NCBI GenBank assembly: GCA_012295275.1
Contig: CM022665.1
Span: forward strand, 22,382,001-22,446,000
Direction: 5' to 3'
Source of the DNA: Chrysomallon squamiferum
Taxonomy: Eukaryota > Animalia > Mollusca
DNA: 64,000 nucleotides
Below, piece by piece: positions 28,392 to 41,148 of the stretch. Within the stretch, counting starts at the first letter, position 1; every line of letters begins with the position of its first letter. The position numbers and the translations under genes are program-made. The notes under the pieces are model-generated. The model ran no database searches. It was not told the DNA's origin and saw nothing but the letters and a program-made list of their open reading frames with translations.

Positions 28392-30830
28392 AAAGATTTT
28401 AAACAGTATCCAGAAAATAGAAATCAGTATTTCATGGACAAGTAATATGAAAATTCAAACTTCTCCTCATAAAATGCACAACTTAAAACTCTACATAATG
28501 TGAAATATCCGACTCATCTTGTTTGGTATAAACCATAAATATTTACTGCTGATAACTGACAAGTAACCATGAAGTGCCAACAATCAGTTCCTTTCTCATA
28601 TCATCGTTATGTAAAACCATTTATTTTGCTGGGTTGTTTTGTGAAACGTTTCAAATTAAAATATACTGAGGTTTTAATTTTATTGCAACTATTACTGGTT
28701 TGAAGTATTTTTCATTTCTTAATCATTTTATTTTGTACCTAACATTTTACATAATAAATTATCACACTAAGGACAACCTTAATAAAGCATTTAATATAAC
28801 CTCAATGGCTGAACTATAATTTTTTGTACATGTTATATAAAAACTAATTTCTAATTATAAGGTATCATCATTGCTGGTAGCATATGAACTAATTATTTTC
28901 AAGTCTTTTGTTAGCATGTTGCAGAAATATCAGTTACAAATATAAGTAAAATTTAACAATTCTTCATCATTTATATAAAATGTAATAATATAAAATATAT
29001 GAAATTATCTGTGCTCCAGTGAGGCCTATTTTTCAACAGCTGTTATATTGCTACTATATAAACTTGTATAAAATAAATATCTAAAATATCAGTAACAATA
29101 ACCATTGTCAATATAATGCATTAACATTGTATCAAAACCAATAAAAATTATTTTCCAGGTTGACAAGAATGATTAAAGTTATTAGTTCAAAGTGGCATAG
29201 ATCATGTCTAGTAAGTTAATTCAAATTTCTGTAATTAGTTATCAAGAATATTCATGGATGTTCTGGAAATTGAGAATAATACATAATCCATTTTTGAATA
29301 AATGAAGCTTGGTGTCATAAAGCAAAGGTCAAAAGTTGCAAAAAGTATAATTATTTGTTTTAAATCTCCCATTAACATTGATGACTGTCTGCCAAAGGCT
29401 ATAATAATGAATTAAATATTCCATATAGTTTGCCTTCAAGCAAAACAAAACTATGAATAATATTTTAAAATTCGATCCCATTCTTGTTATTTTGGGAGTA
29501 AGAAATGAAATACAATAAATGTATAAAACAGAACAAACTCCTGCCCTAAAAAACAAATTAAAATATGAAAACTGTGATTCAGGTAAAACAGTGGTGGGGA
29601 TACAATATTTTACTTGAGTAATCTTGGAGGATGTCAACCTCACTCCAGTTGATCTCACCACAAATTCAATTTCCACATGGGAGATATCACCATACATGTT
29701 TGTGAAATTAGATGATGGTTTAAATTATTATATTATTTATGTTGTGTGTGTGTATGTGTGTTCTTATTTTTTTTATTATTATTTTTTTTTAATTATCAAA
29801 ACTGCAGTTTTGGAGGCCATCACACTCAAGCAGATTAAATTATTTTCAATTGACAATATCAACATAAAACTATAAACAGTTGATTAACTTTAGTTGTAAT
29901 AAAGAAAAAAACACATCTGGTGTTATTTAAAACAAAACATAACTCACAGTAATGATGGAGACACAATCAATTGGTGTACAATGACTACAATAACTAAAGA
30001 CACAAATAATATTGATATTTTTTTCTTTCTTTGATTTGTAAAAACAATGACAATTTAATATATCAATATGTTTTAATCAATGTATAAATATAATAATTTT
30101 AAACAACATCTAGGTGCACATAAATGTATGACAATTTTTTTCCCATGTGGAAACTGAATTTCAGGCAATACTGACCTGGGACAAGATTCACATCTCAAGT
30201 TGTATCTGATCAAAGATTTATGTTTTCTTGTTTAACATGGTCAATATTTTAATTTATAATGAACAAAAGTAAAATTTTAAAGCAATACTTGCAAGTCAAA
30301 GAAACACATGGGAAGATCTTACTGTTATTAATGTCTGTCAGTATTAGAAAGTAATTTGCCTATTTTAAATTATAAAAATAATTATGATAATTAATCATTC
30401 ATTAATTAGGACCAAAATGTTATATTATTAGTAATTTACTCCTAGATAGGCCCGCAATACACATTATTGTGAGACAGTGTGGTTTGCATAGTTTATTTAG
30501 TTTGTAAATGTATAATATTTCTGTTATGAAAATGGCTAACTTGAAATTCAGTGATACTGGAAGGCTTTATAACATGTAAATTAAACTTAGCAAATTTAAT
30601 GCAAATTTACTAATAAAATATTAAATAGTGATACATATTTGTAAAACTATAAAATGTCTTCCAGTATTATTATCGTTGTTGTTGTTAAGTGGGTTTTTCT
30701 TTTCAAATTGTATTTTTTAATAGTATTTTTGTTGTTGCTGACATACAAAATGTATGTTTTACAAATTTATATTTACCATTTTTATCATTGTTATTTAGTT
30801 AGACATGATTATTATTATTATTATTATTAT

Positions 30831-30886
<56 letters not shown>

Positions 30887-31348
30887 ATCTTATTTTAGTT
30901 TTTTGTTTTATATGGATGAAAATTTAAACAAAAAACAAAACAAATCGAATTTCTCACCTGTTATGTTTTCTTTGTATCCTTTCGTGAAAAACATCATAGC
31001 CTTTGCAGCTCTTTCTGGGGTTTTAACAAGACCTGGTCTTGACGGATCTTCTCCAAGTCCTATCAAAATTGATTTATAATGCTCAGATATATGCAATGTT
31101 TGTTCACTTTCATCATCATGCTTGTTTTTCACTTTCGTTTTACCAATCTTTGAATGAAACTCCTGGCCCAAGTCTGCTGAGGTCTGATCTGCTCCATTCT
31201 GAGAAAGACTGGGATGTTTCACCATCGTCAGACGCTTCAGTTTTTCTTCAAGTTCCAAGTCAGGATCAGGTACATACTTGCCTGGATGATCGGACATGTT
31301 GTATGGACAGCTACAGAATTTAATGTTGCCGCGATTCGTACGTTCCAT
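11407..31348 (-). CDS. GCH1: GTP cyclohydrolase I (folE/Punch family), 6 exons, 268 aa (251 aa if the second ATG at 31297 is used)
   Basis: Exons: 31348(or 31297)-30958, 24126-24017, 20535-20480, 19020-18989, 17756-17672, 11539-11407 (TGA). All introns are GT-AG and the frame is consistent. Translation gives [85 protein letters not shown] and [38 protein letters not shown], the typical GCH1 motifs including the Zn-ligand CEHH and HxC. Confidence 0.97.
12590..13856 (+). mobile_element. Degenerate pogo/Tigger (Tc1-mariner superfamily, DDE_1) DNA transposon fossil in GCH1 intron 5
   Basis: Frameshifted peptide remnants occur in the expected order: [11 protein letters not shown] (~12844, CENP-B HTH), NCDKSGIF (~12990), [13 protein letters not shown] (~13148), KIVLCLDNA (~13250), [13 protein letters not shown] and LDQG (~13290-13345). 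The right end reads GAGGAGTTTCACTG-TA, the reverse complement of TA-CAGTGAAACTCC, which resembles a pogo TIR plus TA target site. The left boundary is approximate. Confidence 0.8.
22440..23630. promoter_or_regulatory. CpG-rich promoter-like island inside GCH1 intron 2
   Basis: There are dozens of CpG dinucleotides here against very few in flanking intron sequence. The island holds the E-box TCACGTGA (~23163), CRE-like GACGTCA (~23154) and TGACGTCG (~22476), and GT donor-like sites on both strands. Confidence 0.5.
27790..27853. repeat. (AT)n/(GT)n microsatellite
   Basis: Directly visible dinucleotide runs. Confidence 0.9.
30811..30882. repeat. (ATT)n followed by (CT)n microsatellite
   Basis: Directly visible. 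Confidence 0.9.
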
Positions 31349-31349
31349 G

Positions 31350-31720
31350 AATGAAAGAAGCGACACAGACTTTATACCTTTATCGCTGTCTGTGGTAATT
31401 TTTTCATTGGTTGATTATTTTGATGACGTTTCGACATATCGAGTGAAGAATTGTAAGTGGCTTCCAATCCTTCATCTTAGTTAAGAACAGGATCAAATAT
31501 AAATCGATAAACGGACATATTTATTCATTGGAAAATAACGCCCATGAAAATTGCTTTATTGAGAACAGGGTTAGACTTGCCATTTTTCTTGCTAACAATG
31601 GATTTGTGTTTACACGATAATATCGTGAAGATACAGACAGCAAAAAGCTTTATTTTCTGTTCGATAACGCCCACGTTTTTAACCAATAACGTGCATGCAC
31701 AACATCTTGTACTGAAGTGT
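31350..31720. promoter_or_regulatory. GCH1 promoter/5' region (CpG-retaining; may be shared with divergent FANCL)
   Basis: CpG-rich stretch immediately upstream of GCH1 exon 1. It has the CRE-like TGACGT (~31424) and the motif ATAACGCCCA twice (~31535, ~31664). Confidence 0.5.
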
Positions 31721-31988
31721 ATTTTTGAAGATATGAAGAAAATAGTCTAAATATATTTTGTTAACTTCCAAGTTTTATTTTATTGGGTTTTGCTTTCCAC
31801 TCATTTCCTCTTATTCAATAGTATAAATATATATTACATGATTACATACGTTAGTCAAATCAAATAATTAATATTTAATGTCATCTATTTGAAAACAATC
31901 TTGATAAATGCTATGGAACGCATTTCTGTCACCCATTTTCACATGACTATAATACTTTTATTAGCAAGCTGTCTAGTTCTGCCTTCAC

Positions 31989-32019
<31 letters not shown>

Positions 32020-32036
32020 TGTCCTTTAGTGAGATA

Positions 32037-32098
<62 letters not shown>

Positions 32099-32218
32099 AT
32101 AATGACAACAACAATAAAATATAAATAAATAAAATTTAGTTTTTAATAATGCAGAGGTGGCTTCTAAAGTTAAGATGACCTTCTTGCATATTTCCTAATA
32201 CAGTAATATATATATATA

Positions 32219-32307
<89 letters not shown>

Positions 32308-32310
32308 ATA
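31989..32310. repeat. Microsatellite cluster (TTA)n, (TA)n, (GA)n, (TAAA)n
   Basis: Directly visible. Confidence 0.9.
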
Positions 32311-33071
32311 TTTAATGTAAATGAATAATAGAAAGAAGTAAAAATGAAAGTGTAAAAATTAGTATCTGAAGAAAGTTATCTGTGATGCCGCGATATGAGG
32401 GGGAGGGAAATTCAAATTTGACAAACGTCAATATTATGAGCTGGAAAAACATTTGAATACATATTTAGGCTATTAGTATTACGTGTTTTCGTGGATCTGT
32501 CATAAAATAATATAAGAACGTGTAGGGTAAAAATAAATAAAGAAGATAGTTGTTTTAAAATATGATTAAATGTTTACACACATTTATGTCAGTAACACAT
32601 AAACAAGTTGAATAAAAGCATTCGGAACCACTCAGTAAGTACTAAGTTTCTTAAGTTCCAAGTTACGATTTTTCAGATGTTGCTTGTTCGTCTGGTCATC
32701 ATTTAGATTCTAGATCGAATATATTTTAGGGTATGTAGTTTAATATATTATTACCATAAATGAACAAATAATACAAAAATATATTGTACACAGCTTTGTA
32801 CAGAAATAATGTAGAATTGATCTGTTTTGGAATAGCATGCATGTATTTTATTTATAAATTATTCTGCACGGAATATAAGTTTATTATAAAATATTGACGC
32901 ATACCAGTAGGTAACTGCTAGCCTTTCTTGTTTTAAAAACTAATGAAAGTATCCTGCCCCAGACCCCTCAGAAAACGAACAAAAAAAAACCCCACAAAAA
33001 AAAAACCCACACACAAAAAACCCACAACAACAATAGCAAATCAGTTACTGTGATCGGCAGGCGTTAAAATG

Positions 33072-33564
33072 CTTCAGAATCTTCTGGTAAATAATAATAT
33101 ATATGTAACTGAAAGACAGTAGTTGGATATTTTATTGCACAATGGAACAGTGTCTATATAATTACATAACATTTAAGTATCTGTTACACAGCTTAGTAAC
33201 ACACAATACATTTCTTCTTCTAATCAATATATAATTAGTTCTGCCACTTCATCATTCACTGATTTTGCCAACATCTATATTACAATTTAGGCTATCAGTA
33301 CAAGATATTATTTGTTATATTGCAGTATGGAACAGTATATATATATAATTATATAACACTTAAAGTATTTGTTATACAGCTTAGTAACACATAATACATT
33401 TCTTCTTCTAATCAATATATAATTAATTCTGCCACTTCATCATTCACTGATTTCACCAACATCTATATACAAATTAGGCTATCGATACAAGATATTATTT
33501 GTTCATATGTGGCCACTCCCAGCTTTTTATAAATCTTTCAGTTCAGTTGTTGATTTTTAGTCAG
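33072..33564 (+). repeat. Local duplicate of the FANCL exon 3 end and intron 3 start (source 35025-35325), with an internal ~185-bp tandem repeat
   Basis: Near-identical CTTCAGAAT(C/T)TTCTG/GTAAATAAT...ACTGAAAGACAGTAGTTGG...GTTCAGTTGTTGATTTTT(A/G)GTCAG occurs at both places. 33134-33319 is repeated at 33320-33503. Confidence 0.92.
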
Positions 33565-34130
33565 TATTGTTTTTGCTTGACATTTCTTGATTGATGATCA
33601 TTAGGCATTAAAAATATAATTATAAAATGTTTGGTTTCCTCCCAGACAGATTTGTGAGGATGGGCTGTATTTCTGTAGTTAAAGTTAAGCACTGAGATAT
33701 GCTAGGTTGTCATAATTACAACCTTATATTTAAAAAAATGTGTTTATTATTAAGTTGAAAAATTTCCTTACTTTTCACATAATCACAACTAACCTGTTTT
33801 TGACAAGAAACAACAAGTAAAAACAGTACACAGTAGTTCAGTAAGACATGTTTATATTTATTTGGATTTGTTCTGATACAGGTTAAATAAATTCAATACA
33901 CAATTATAACATATCAATATGTAGGTTTGTTTTTGCTGAAAAAAAATAAATGAAGAAATAATAATTCCAGTTACTGAGAAGCAGATACAAATGAAAACAT
34001 AAAATATAGTTAGCAAATATTAAGGTAATATTATATAAGTTTATGAATATAAATGAAAATTCATTGTATAAAAGAAGCATGATATTCATGATATTTTATT
34101 TTCAGAGAAAACAATGAAAAGTACATCAGG

Positions 34131-37100
34131 ATGACTACTTTTCCTATATGTCCTTTACTAATACCCCAGGATAATAACGGATTAATGTATGATGGATTTG
34201 TTAAAACTGGAGTATGTAATACAACACGGTGCTTCTATTTCTATCAATACACATGTTTCAGCTGATATTTTACTATATAAATATATGTATTAAAACTAAT
34301 TAAACCTCTTGCTTTCATTCTAACTGTAGTTTTAACTATTTGCAATTTTCTGTTAACATTTTATGTTTAGCAGTGTAAGTAGACAAATTTATACACATGT
34401 ATATGATATTATTTGCTTGTTATATGACAGTATAATTCACACTCTAATTGTATGCATAAACATGCATCATTCAAATTTTGAGGACTGTATTATATTAGTA
34501 TATTTTTGTCCCATACATTAATGCTCAGATAATTATGGGATATGAAAATTTTGGTAATGTTTGAACAAATATTCAAGTCATTCTTTCATACATATGCACT
34601 TTTAAAATTTTATTTAAGGGCAAAGATTTGAGAGTGACTATTTGTCTTTCATCACCAGGAAATCTTTCTGAAGCCACAATAAACTGTGAATGGAGATTAT
34701 CTCAAATTCTTTCATTGCATATTCCATTTATTAAGCAGGTAAAATAAATAAACAATAATTATTTTTTTAATTATTATTTTTTTAATTTTTTTTGAGAATT
34801 CATAATAAATTACACAGTACCATGAAATGATCATCACAGCATGCAGTAATTATAAACACATTTCAAAAAAAATATATAAAAAAAATTGTTTTTCAAACCA
34901 CAAATTTTATTAGATTATTATTCATATATTTATCCTCTATATACTGTACACTACTAATTATTTCCTTTTTGTTCTTTTTCAGCAACTAACTCAAGCACCA
35001 GATTTGCCTTCATTTCTACAAGATCTTCAGAATTTTCTGGTAAATAATGATATATATGTAACTGAAAGACAGTAGTTGGATATTTTATTGCACAATGGAA
35101 CAGTGTCTATATAATTACATAACATTTAAGTGTCTGTTACACAGCTTAGTAACACATAATACATTTCTTCTTCTAATCAATATATAATTCTGCCACTTCA
35201 TCATTCACTGATTTCACCAACATCTATATACAAATTAGGCTATCGATACAAGATATTATTTGTTCATTTGTGCCCACTCCCAGCTTTTTATAAATCTTTC
35301 AGTTCAGTTGTTGATTTTTGGTCAGAACTGTATGCTTCTGAAAACAAACTTTAGAAATCCATTCTTTATATTGATTGCTCTTTTAATTAGGCACGTAATT
35401 TTTCTCTTTATGTGTTACATGTTTAGTGGGCAGGAGTCTTGTCAGTGTGGTTACTATAGAACTTAAATACATTCTGCCACACAGGTAACTTAGGTAGGGT
35501 TTTATGCTAATGATTTTCTGCTATGATGTCATTATGAAAAAGGTACTGGTAATTATTTTGTAATTTCCGGCAATAAATCTGAGATGGATTTTTGTTTCAA
35601 AATAAATTTCCTGTTGGCTTGTTTACTACAGGAGACTTTATTTTACATTCATTCTTGTTACTAATAGTTATGGATCACATATTATAATATTATTTTCAAT
35701 AAATCATTTGAGTATGAAATTATAATAATTACTTTAGCATTTTATATATAATTTATTTTGCTCCCCATCTTATAATATATTTGGAGCTAGGGAAAATATA
35801 TTTGATACCTAGTTCTTTTTTTGTTGACTAGTATTTATTTTTTATAATGAAACTTATTTCATCTTAAATATTATATCAACTACAGTGTTTCTGCCACATT
35901 TTTTGACATTTGCTGCTAACTAATTTAAACTTATAATTTGTTAATAGTCATCCATATTTGGAGTTATGCAACATCAGTGCATGATACAGTGAAATAATTT
36001 AGGAACCTTGTATTTGTCACTAAAACATGTATAAACTTAACATATATGTTAAACAATAAAATGTTCTAAATTTGGTTTAAATATTTTTTAATGTAATAAT
36101 AATATATTCACAAATAAATTATTAATATATATATATATATTATATATGTATATCTGTGTGTGTATGTGTTATCCAATGTTTTCATTTAAAGTTCTATACA
36201 ATATGAATAAATCAGATCTTTCTAGTAAGCAAATACATAAACACAGATGTATATCTTTTTAAATTTATAGATACATATATATATATATAATTTTTTTTTC
36301 ACTATTTTTATTACAACACGTTTCTGTGGACATGTTTATCCTTAATCATTACAATTATAATCTTATGGGAAAAAACATGTTTTTAGTTTATTTAATATTC
36401 CTGCCTTTTCTCTTTGTGTCTACTAAGCCATTTTTTATGTCATTAATTTTATTACAACTTTAAGTTTTTATGGATATCTGTATTATCCACTTTTTATTAT
36501 TTACTTAACTTTTTTTTCTTTTCTTTTTTTAATATCTATTTTTTTCTTTTCTTATCAAAGGATAGTGAAGCCTATCACAACATTCCAAATGAAACTGAAA
36601 CTTCTAATTTCTGCAGTCAGCTGATATCTGAGATAGAAAAAGTTGGATGGGATAAGTAAGTTATGTAAATATTGCGTTTTCAGCATATCTCAAATTATCC
36701 GTAAGATTAGGATGACACATGCTAATGTCAAATAATAATATATTTTGTAAGATGTCAACAGATTTCCTTTTTTGAAAAGTCAGTAATAGATCCATTGAAT
36801 AAATAAGATCTATATGTATTTACTTTTTATAAATTACATAAAGTAAAAATATTTGCCATCATTCTGCTTTGTTACTTATTTTCGTATTATATTTTCCCCA
36901 GTGTTAACAGTGCATGTTTTCAGCCCTCCATAACCACACCTTCCTCCATAAAAGTCCAGTGATGCATAGCCAGTATATAGAAATAGATAAAATAGAAATG
37001 TGAAAATCAGTAAATTCCATTAACAAGATTGATTAATATGTGGATCTGGTTATAGATGTAAATATTAAAGAAAAACAAGCAGTTGTTTAGGGTTATGTCA

Positions 37101-40100
37101 TTAGAAATGGTAATGGACGACTTATATAAGCTTACCAAAACACAGTAAGGAAAACATCCTTTAAAAATCTCCTGCCTGCTATATGTGCCTCCAGTGATAA
37201 TGAAGCAGTTGAGAATTGACATGACATGATGGATAGCATGGTCATCCACGCAGAGCTTATTTGGCCATTTCCCATTCTAACCAGACCATATGATTTTTTG
37301 TTACCCTTAAATTATAACAGTATCACACCAAGTGGGGGCAGCCATAAAAAAAAAAAAGGTGAAAAGTGAAGGGTATTTATTTTATTATTGATACTTATAT
37401 ATATATATGTATGTAAGCATCGATAATCAAATAAATACCTTTTCCAAAATATGATGTATATTTGAGAGCTATTGACCAATCATTCAAACACAGATTGATA
37501 TTAAACAATCAGTCACTTATGTACCAATATGTTTTATGTGTGTCATCAGGCTAATTTGGCTGGATGGCAAATCTCATTTTATGTAAATAATGTATTATGT
37601 CATGTTTTATTTTCATTTGACATTTTAATAAACAAAACAGTTAATTCATTAATTTATTCTGCTGACAAAGAACAGGGTTGATCTTGGGAAACAACAGCAG
37701 GTTACATTATCTAATGGATTTTTTTTTTTGTTATTATTAATTTTTATCTTTTTTATCTTCTTGCAGACTGCTGACAGTGGATTCAGCTTTTCAGAATCTT
37801 TCTCTACAAGTCCATGATAAAGCAGACAGAAAACATGTCATTAAAATTAAACTTAGTGACAAGGTTATCAAACAAGCTTTCATCTGCTTATTATATTTAC
37901 AACAGGGTTGAAATAATCTGTTTCTCTGATTAAGAAACATAAATTTAAGTATTTAATGTGGGTTATTCTATGAAAAATATTCACATTAACAAGTGTTCTT
38001 AATGATTGGCTAATATAGTACATACATTGAAATCTACATGTTAACAGCTTAATTTATTTCACTTGGCTAAAATATTTTCCTTGATTTTGTTTCCCTCTTT
38101 AGCATCCTATAAAACCACCTCAGATTACAGCCATTTTGCCTAACAAATTTGACTTCCACTGGAATTCTAAGGTAAAATACTTTTAAAATGTAGTCTCAGA
38201 ACTAGATATGTACAAGTAGCCAGTCGTATTAAATAGCCATTAGTGTTAAGAGTCCACCTTTATATTCTACCAAAGTATCCAATGAAATATAAATTAATCT
38301 CTTTTAATTCTTATTTGAAATTTCTTATGCTTTTTGAAATGAAAACTCAGGAAAATATTTGGAGATTAGAAGAAAAAAAAGTATATAACTGGGGTTTTTT
38401 CGCTCTCATTTTGTTTTTGATTTAACCTATTTTAAATATTGTCTCCAAAATTTTCTCTTTTCTAATCATTTTAATATTGTATCATATTTTATTATAATTA
38501 GTGTATTTTATTATTTCATTACAACAGAGTACACTGCTTCATGGTGTCAATCAGTTTGAAGATGTCCTCTCAAAATATCAAGATTTCTGGTACAACATGG
38601 ATGAAATTGACAAAAATACCTGGGTGCTGGAACCAGAAAAACCAAACAGAGCTGCTGTTCACCGTAGAATTGCTATAGGTAAAGTTTACTTTCTCACTAC
38701 TGATTTACTTATTATTATTAGTTTTTTTAAATACAATGGTTAGATACACAAAATACAAGTTCAGTGATTTTTAAATTGAATGCTTTTGTCAGAAATCATC
38801 ATAAACCCACAAATACAAAATCAGTTATGGAAAATAATAATACATGTAGTTTGTGTAAAAATATTTTTTTTTATCTGAGCTTCATTTATATGTAAAACTA
38901 CTCCTATAGACTTTTGTGCCATAAAATAGACTGTACATATAATCTGTTACCAGGGTTTTCATCTTGCAGATGCAGATTACAGTCTGTTATTACAATGAAG
39001 TATATAGAAGATTATTTTTCTGCCTGTTGTTAAGATTATTCAAAATTATCTGTTAAGAATTTCCATAATTGTTTATCAAAATGTTAAGAATATACAAAGT
39101 TATTATCAAAATGTAAAAAATATACAAAATTATATAACAGTGTGTTAAGAATATACAAAATTATTTATCAAAGTGTTAAGAATATACAAAATTGTTTATC
39201 AGAGTGTTGGCTTAATGTAAACTATCATGATATTTATGAATTTACAAGTTTATTTACAATATTTAAGGGAACAAATATTAATTGTCTGAAAAACTGAATT
39301 TTTATAACTGTTGAGAGAAATATTATTTTGTTATTGGATTATTACTGTTATTAATGCTTGAAGGATGATGAAACATATCGGTGATTTTATGGTAAATGTT
39401 AAATGAGTTATGTTATATCATCATAGATACAAATGCATCACTACAAATAGTTGTTGATCCACTTCATCCACGTATGTTACCAGAATGTAGATTCCTTGGA
39501 GCTGATCAAAGTAAGTAACTCTGTTATTTCATTAATTAGTTTTACCAGAATGCAAAACATTCTTGTCCATAACAGAAAAAACTTAAAAATGAAACCCTCC
39601 CAATTTCAAGTTGTATATTAATATGATAAAAACAGGAATTTTATTCTCTAATTAAATTTAATTTTCTGATGCTGTTCGGTTAATGAGCCAACCCAGATAT
39701 GTATGTGTGTGTGTCACTGTTTGTATTTTATTTTATCTTTAATTTATCTTTAATTTCTTTTATAGTGGTAAATCCATTGAGAGAAAAGTTGAACAGCAAC
39801 TTACATCAATGGTATGTGACAAAAATAGAATATAATACAATTATTTAGTTTTCTTTTTGAATGATGGAAAAGAAACCTTTTGCAGCTTATTGAATTTTCA
39901 CTTGACATATTACAAATTAACTGAACTAATTTTATATTTTAATGATTAATATCATTTGTTGTAAATTATTTTATCCTAACCTTAAAAATGATTGTAAACT
40001 CCTGTTTTTATTTTCTTTAAACAGAAATAATGGTATAACAATTCTTTCAACAGTATTTTCTTTAAAATAATATATTTTGTATCTATATAAAAATAAATTG

Positions 40101-41148
40101 ATTGGTGATTTGTCAGTGAAATTTCAAATTGATTTATTTCAGGGATTTAGAAGTAACATTACTTAATAATTTGGAAAACCTTCTAGAGAGAAGTTTCCCA
40201 TCACCATCTAATTCTAAGAAAGAGGTAAATAAATAATATTCTTTCATTAAACAAAAATATTTTTATTTTTTATTTTACATATTGTACAAATGCAGTAAAT
40301 ACAATAAAATGTAATGAATACAAATAAAAAACATCATTCCAGGAATTCAACATGGAATGTGGGATTTGCTATGCATACAGGTTGGAATGTGAAATTCCTG
40401 ACAAAGTTTGTGATGACCCAAGATGCGGTCAGCCATTCCACAGAAGTTGTCTGTATGAGGTTAGTGTAACAATTCATGAAACACAGAATTACTGAAACCA
40501 TATAGATGTGTGAAATACAATGTTTGGCATTCAAATTTTCTCAGTTTGTGTCTTTCTTTTTTTTGTGGGGGGTTTACTTCATTTACATGAAGTTTTTGGA
40601 AGGTGACTTTTTTTGTCGTTTTTTTTTAATTTCTTTTTACAAGTCGGTCCAAATTAAGCATTTGATTTAAATTTTAAGTAATTCTGATTGGTTTTCAATT
40701 TTATTACTTTATAATTAACAATTTTTTTTAAATTTTAGTGGTTAAGAGTGCTTCCATCAAGTCGACAGAGTTTCAATGTGATATTTGGAGAATGTCCATT
40801 TTGTGGCAAGGTAATAACTAGATTATTGTGGTAAATAAAACATATTACTGTAAAGTTCTGACAAAAATATATAAAATATTTTTTAATCATTTTAAAATAT
40901 AATTTCTGACATTTTTATTATCACTAGTCTTAGGAAAAGTCTTTCAAGTGAATTTAATCACAACAAAATAAATACTATTAGGATTTGTATGATTATGAGA
41001 ATACTGAAATTAAATCTGTTATTGTTGCAAGACATATGTTCTCTTTTCACACTTTTCCATAATTACAGACTATTCTTGATCTATATCTATTCCTGTAATT
41101 TCTGTTTTATTGCAGTCAATTACAGTTAAAATGGCTGTGAAATCTTGA
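34131..41148 (+). CDS. FANCL: Fanconi anemia group L E3 ubiquitin ligase (ELF-URD-RING), 13 coding exons, 367 aa
   Basis: Exons: 34131-34211, 34619-34738, 34983-35039, 36561-36655, 37767-37863, 38103-38171, 38528-38678, 39427-39510, 39766-39811, 40143-40224, 40343-40459, 40739-40810, 41116-41148 (1104 nt, in frame, GT-AG). Motifs include CPLLIPQ..YDGFV, EIEKVGWDK, FWYNMDEIDKNTWVLEPEKP..RRIAI, VDPLHPRMLPECRFLGAD and the RING CGICYAY..CDDPRCGQPFH..CLYEWLR..FGECPFC. Confidence 0.96.
39050..39210. repeat. Short minisatellite (~31-33 bp unit, about 5 copies) in FANCL intron 7
   Basis: TGTTAAGAATATACAAAATT(A/G)TTTATCAAA-like unit repeated. Confidence 0.8.

Noticed and set aside
29329-29697. 122-aa minus-strand ORF in GCH1 intron 1
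   Set aside because: No recognisable domain or supportive exon structure.
30654-31323. Plus-strand ORFs of 141 and 94 aa
   Set aside because: They are made of microsatellite translation and the antisense of GCH1 exon 1.
39363-39423. C-box-like GATGATGA with an imperfect terminal stem near the FANCL exon 8 acceptor
   Set aside because: There is no D box (CTGA), and the pairing is plausible by chance in AT-rich DNA.
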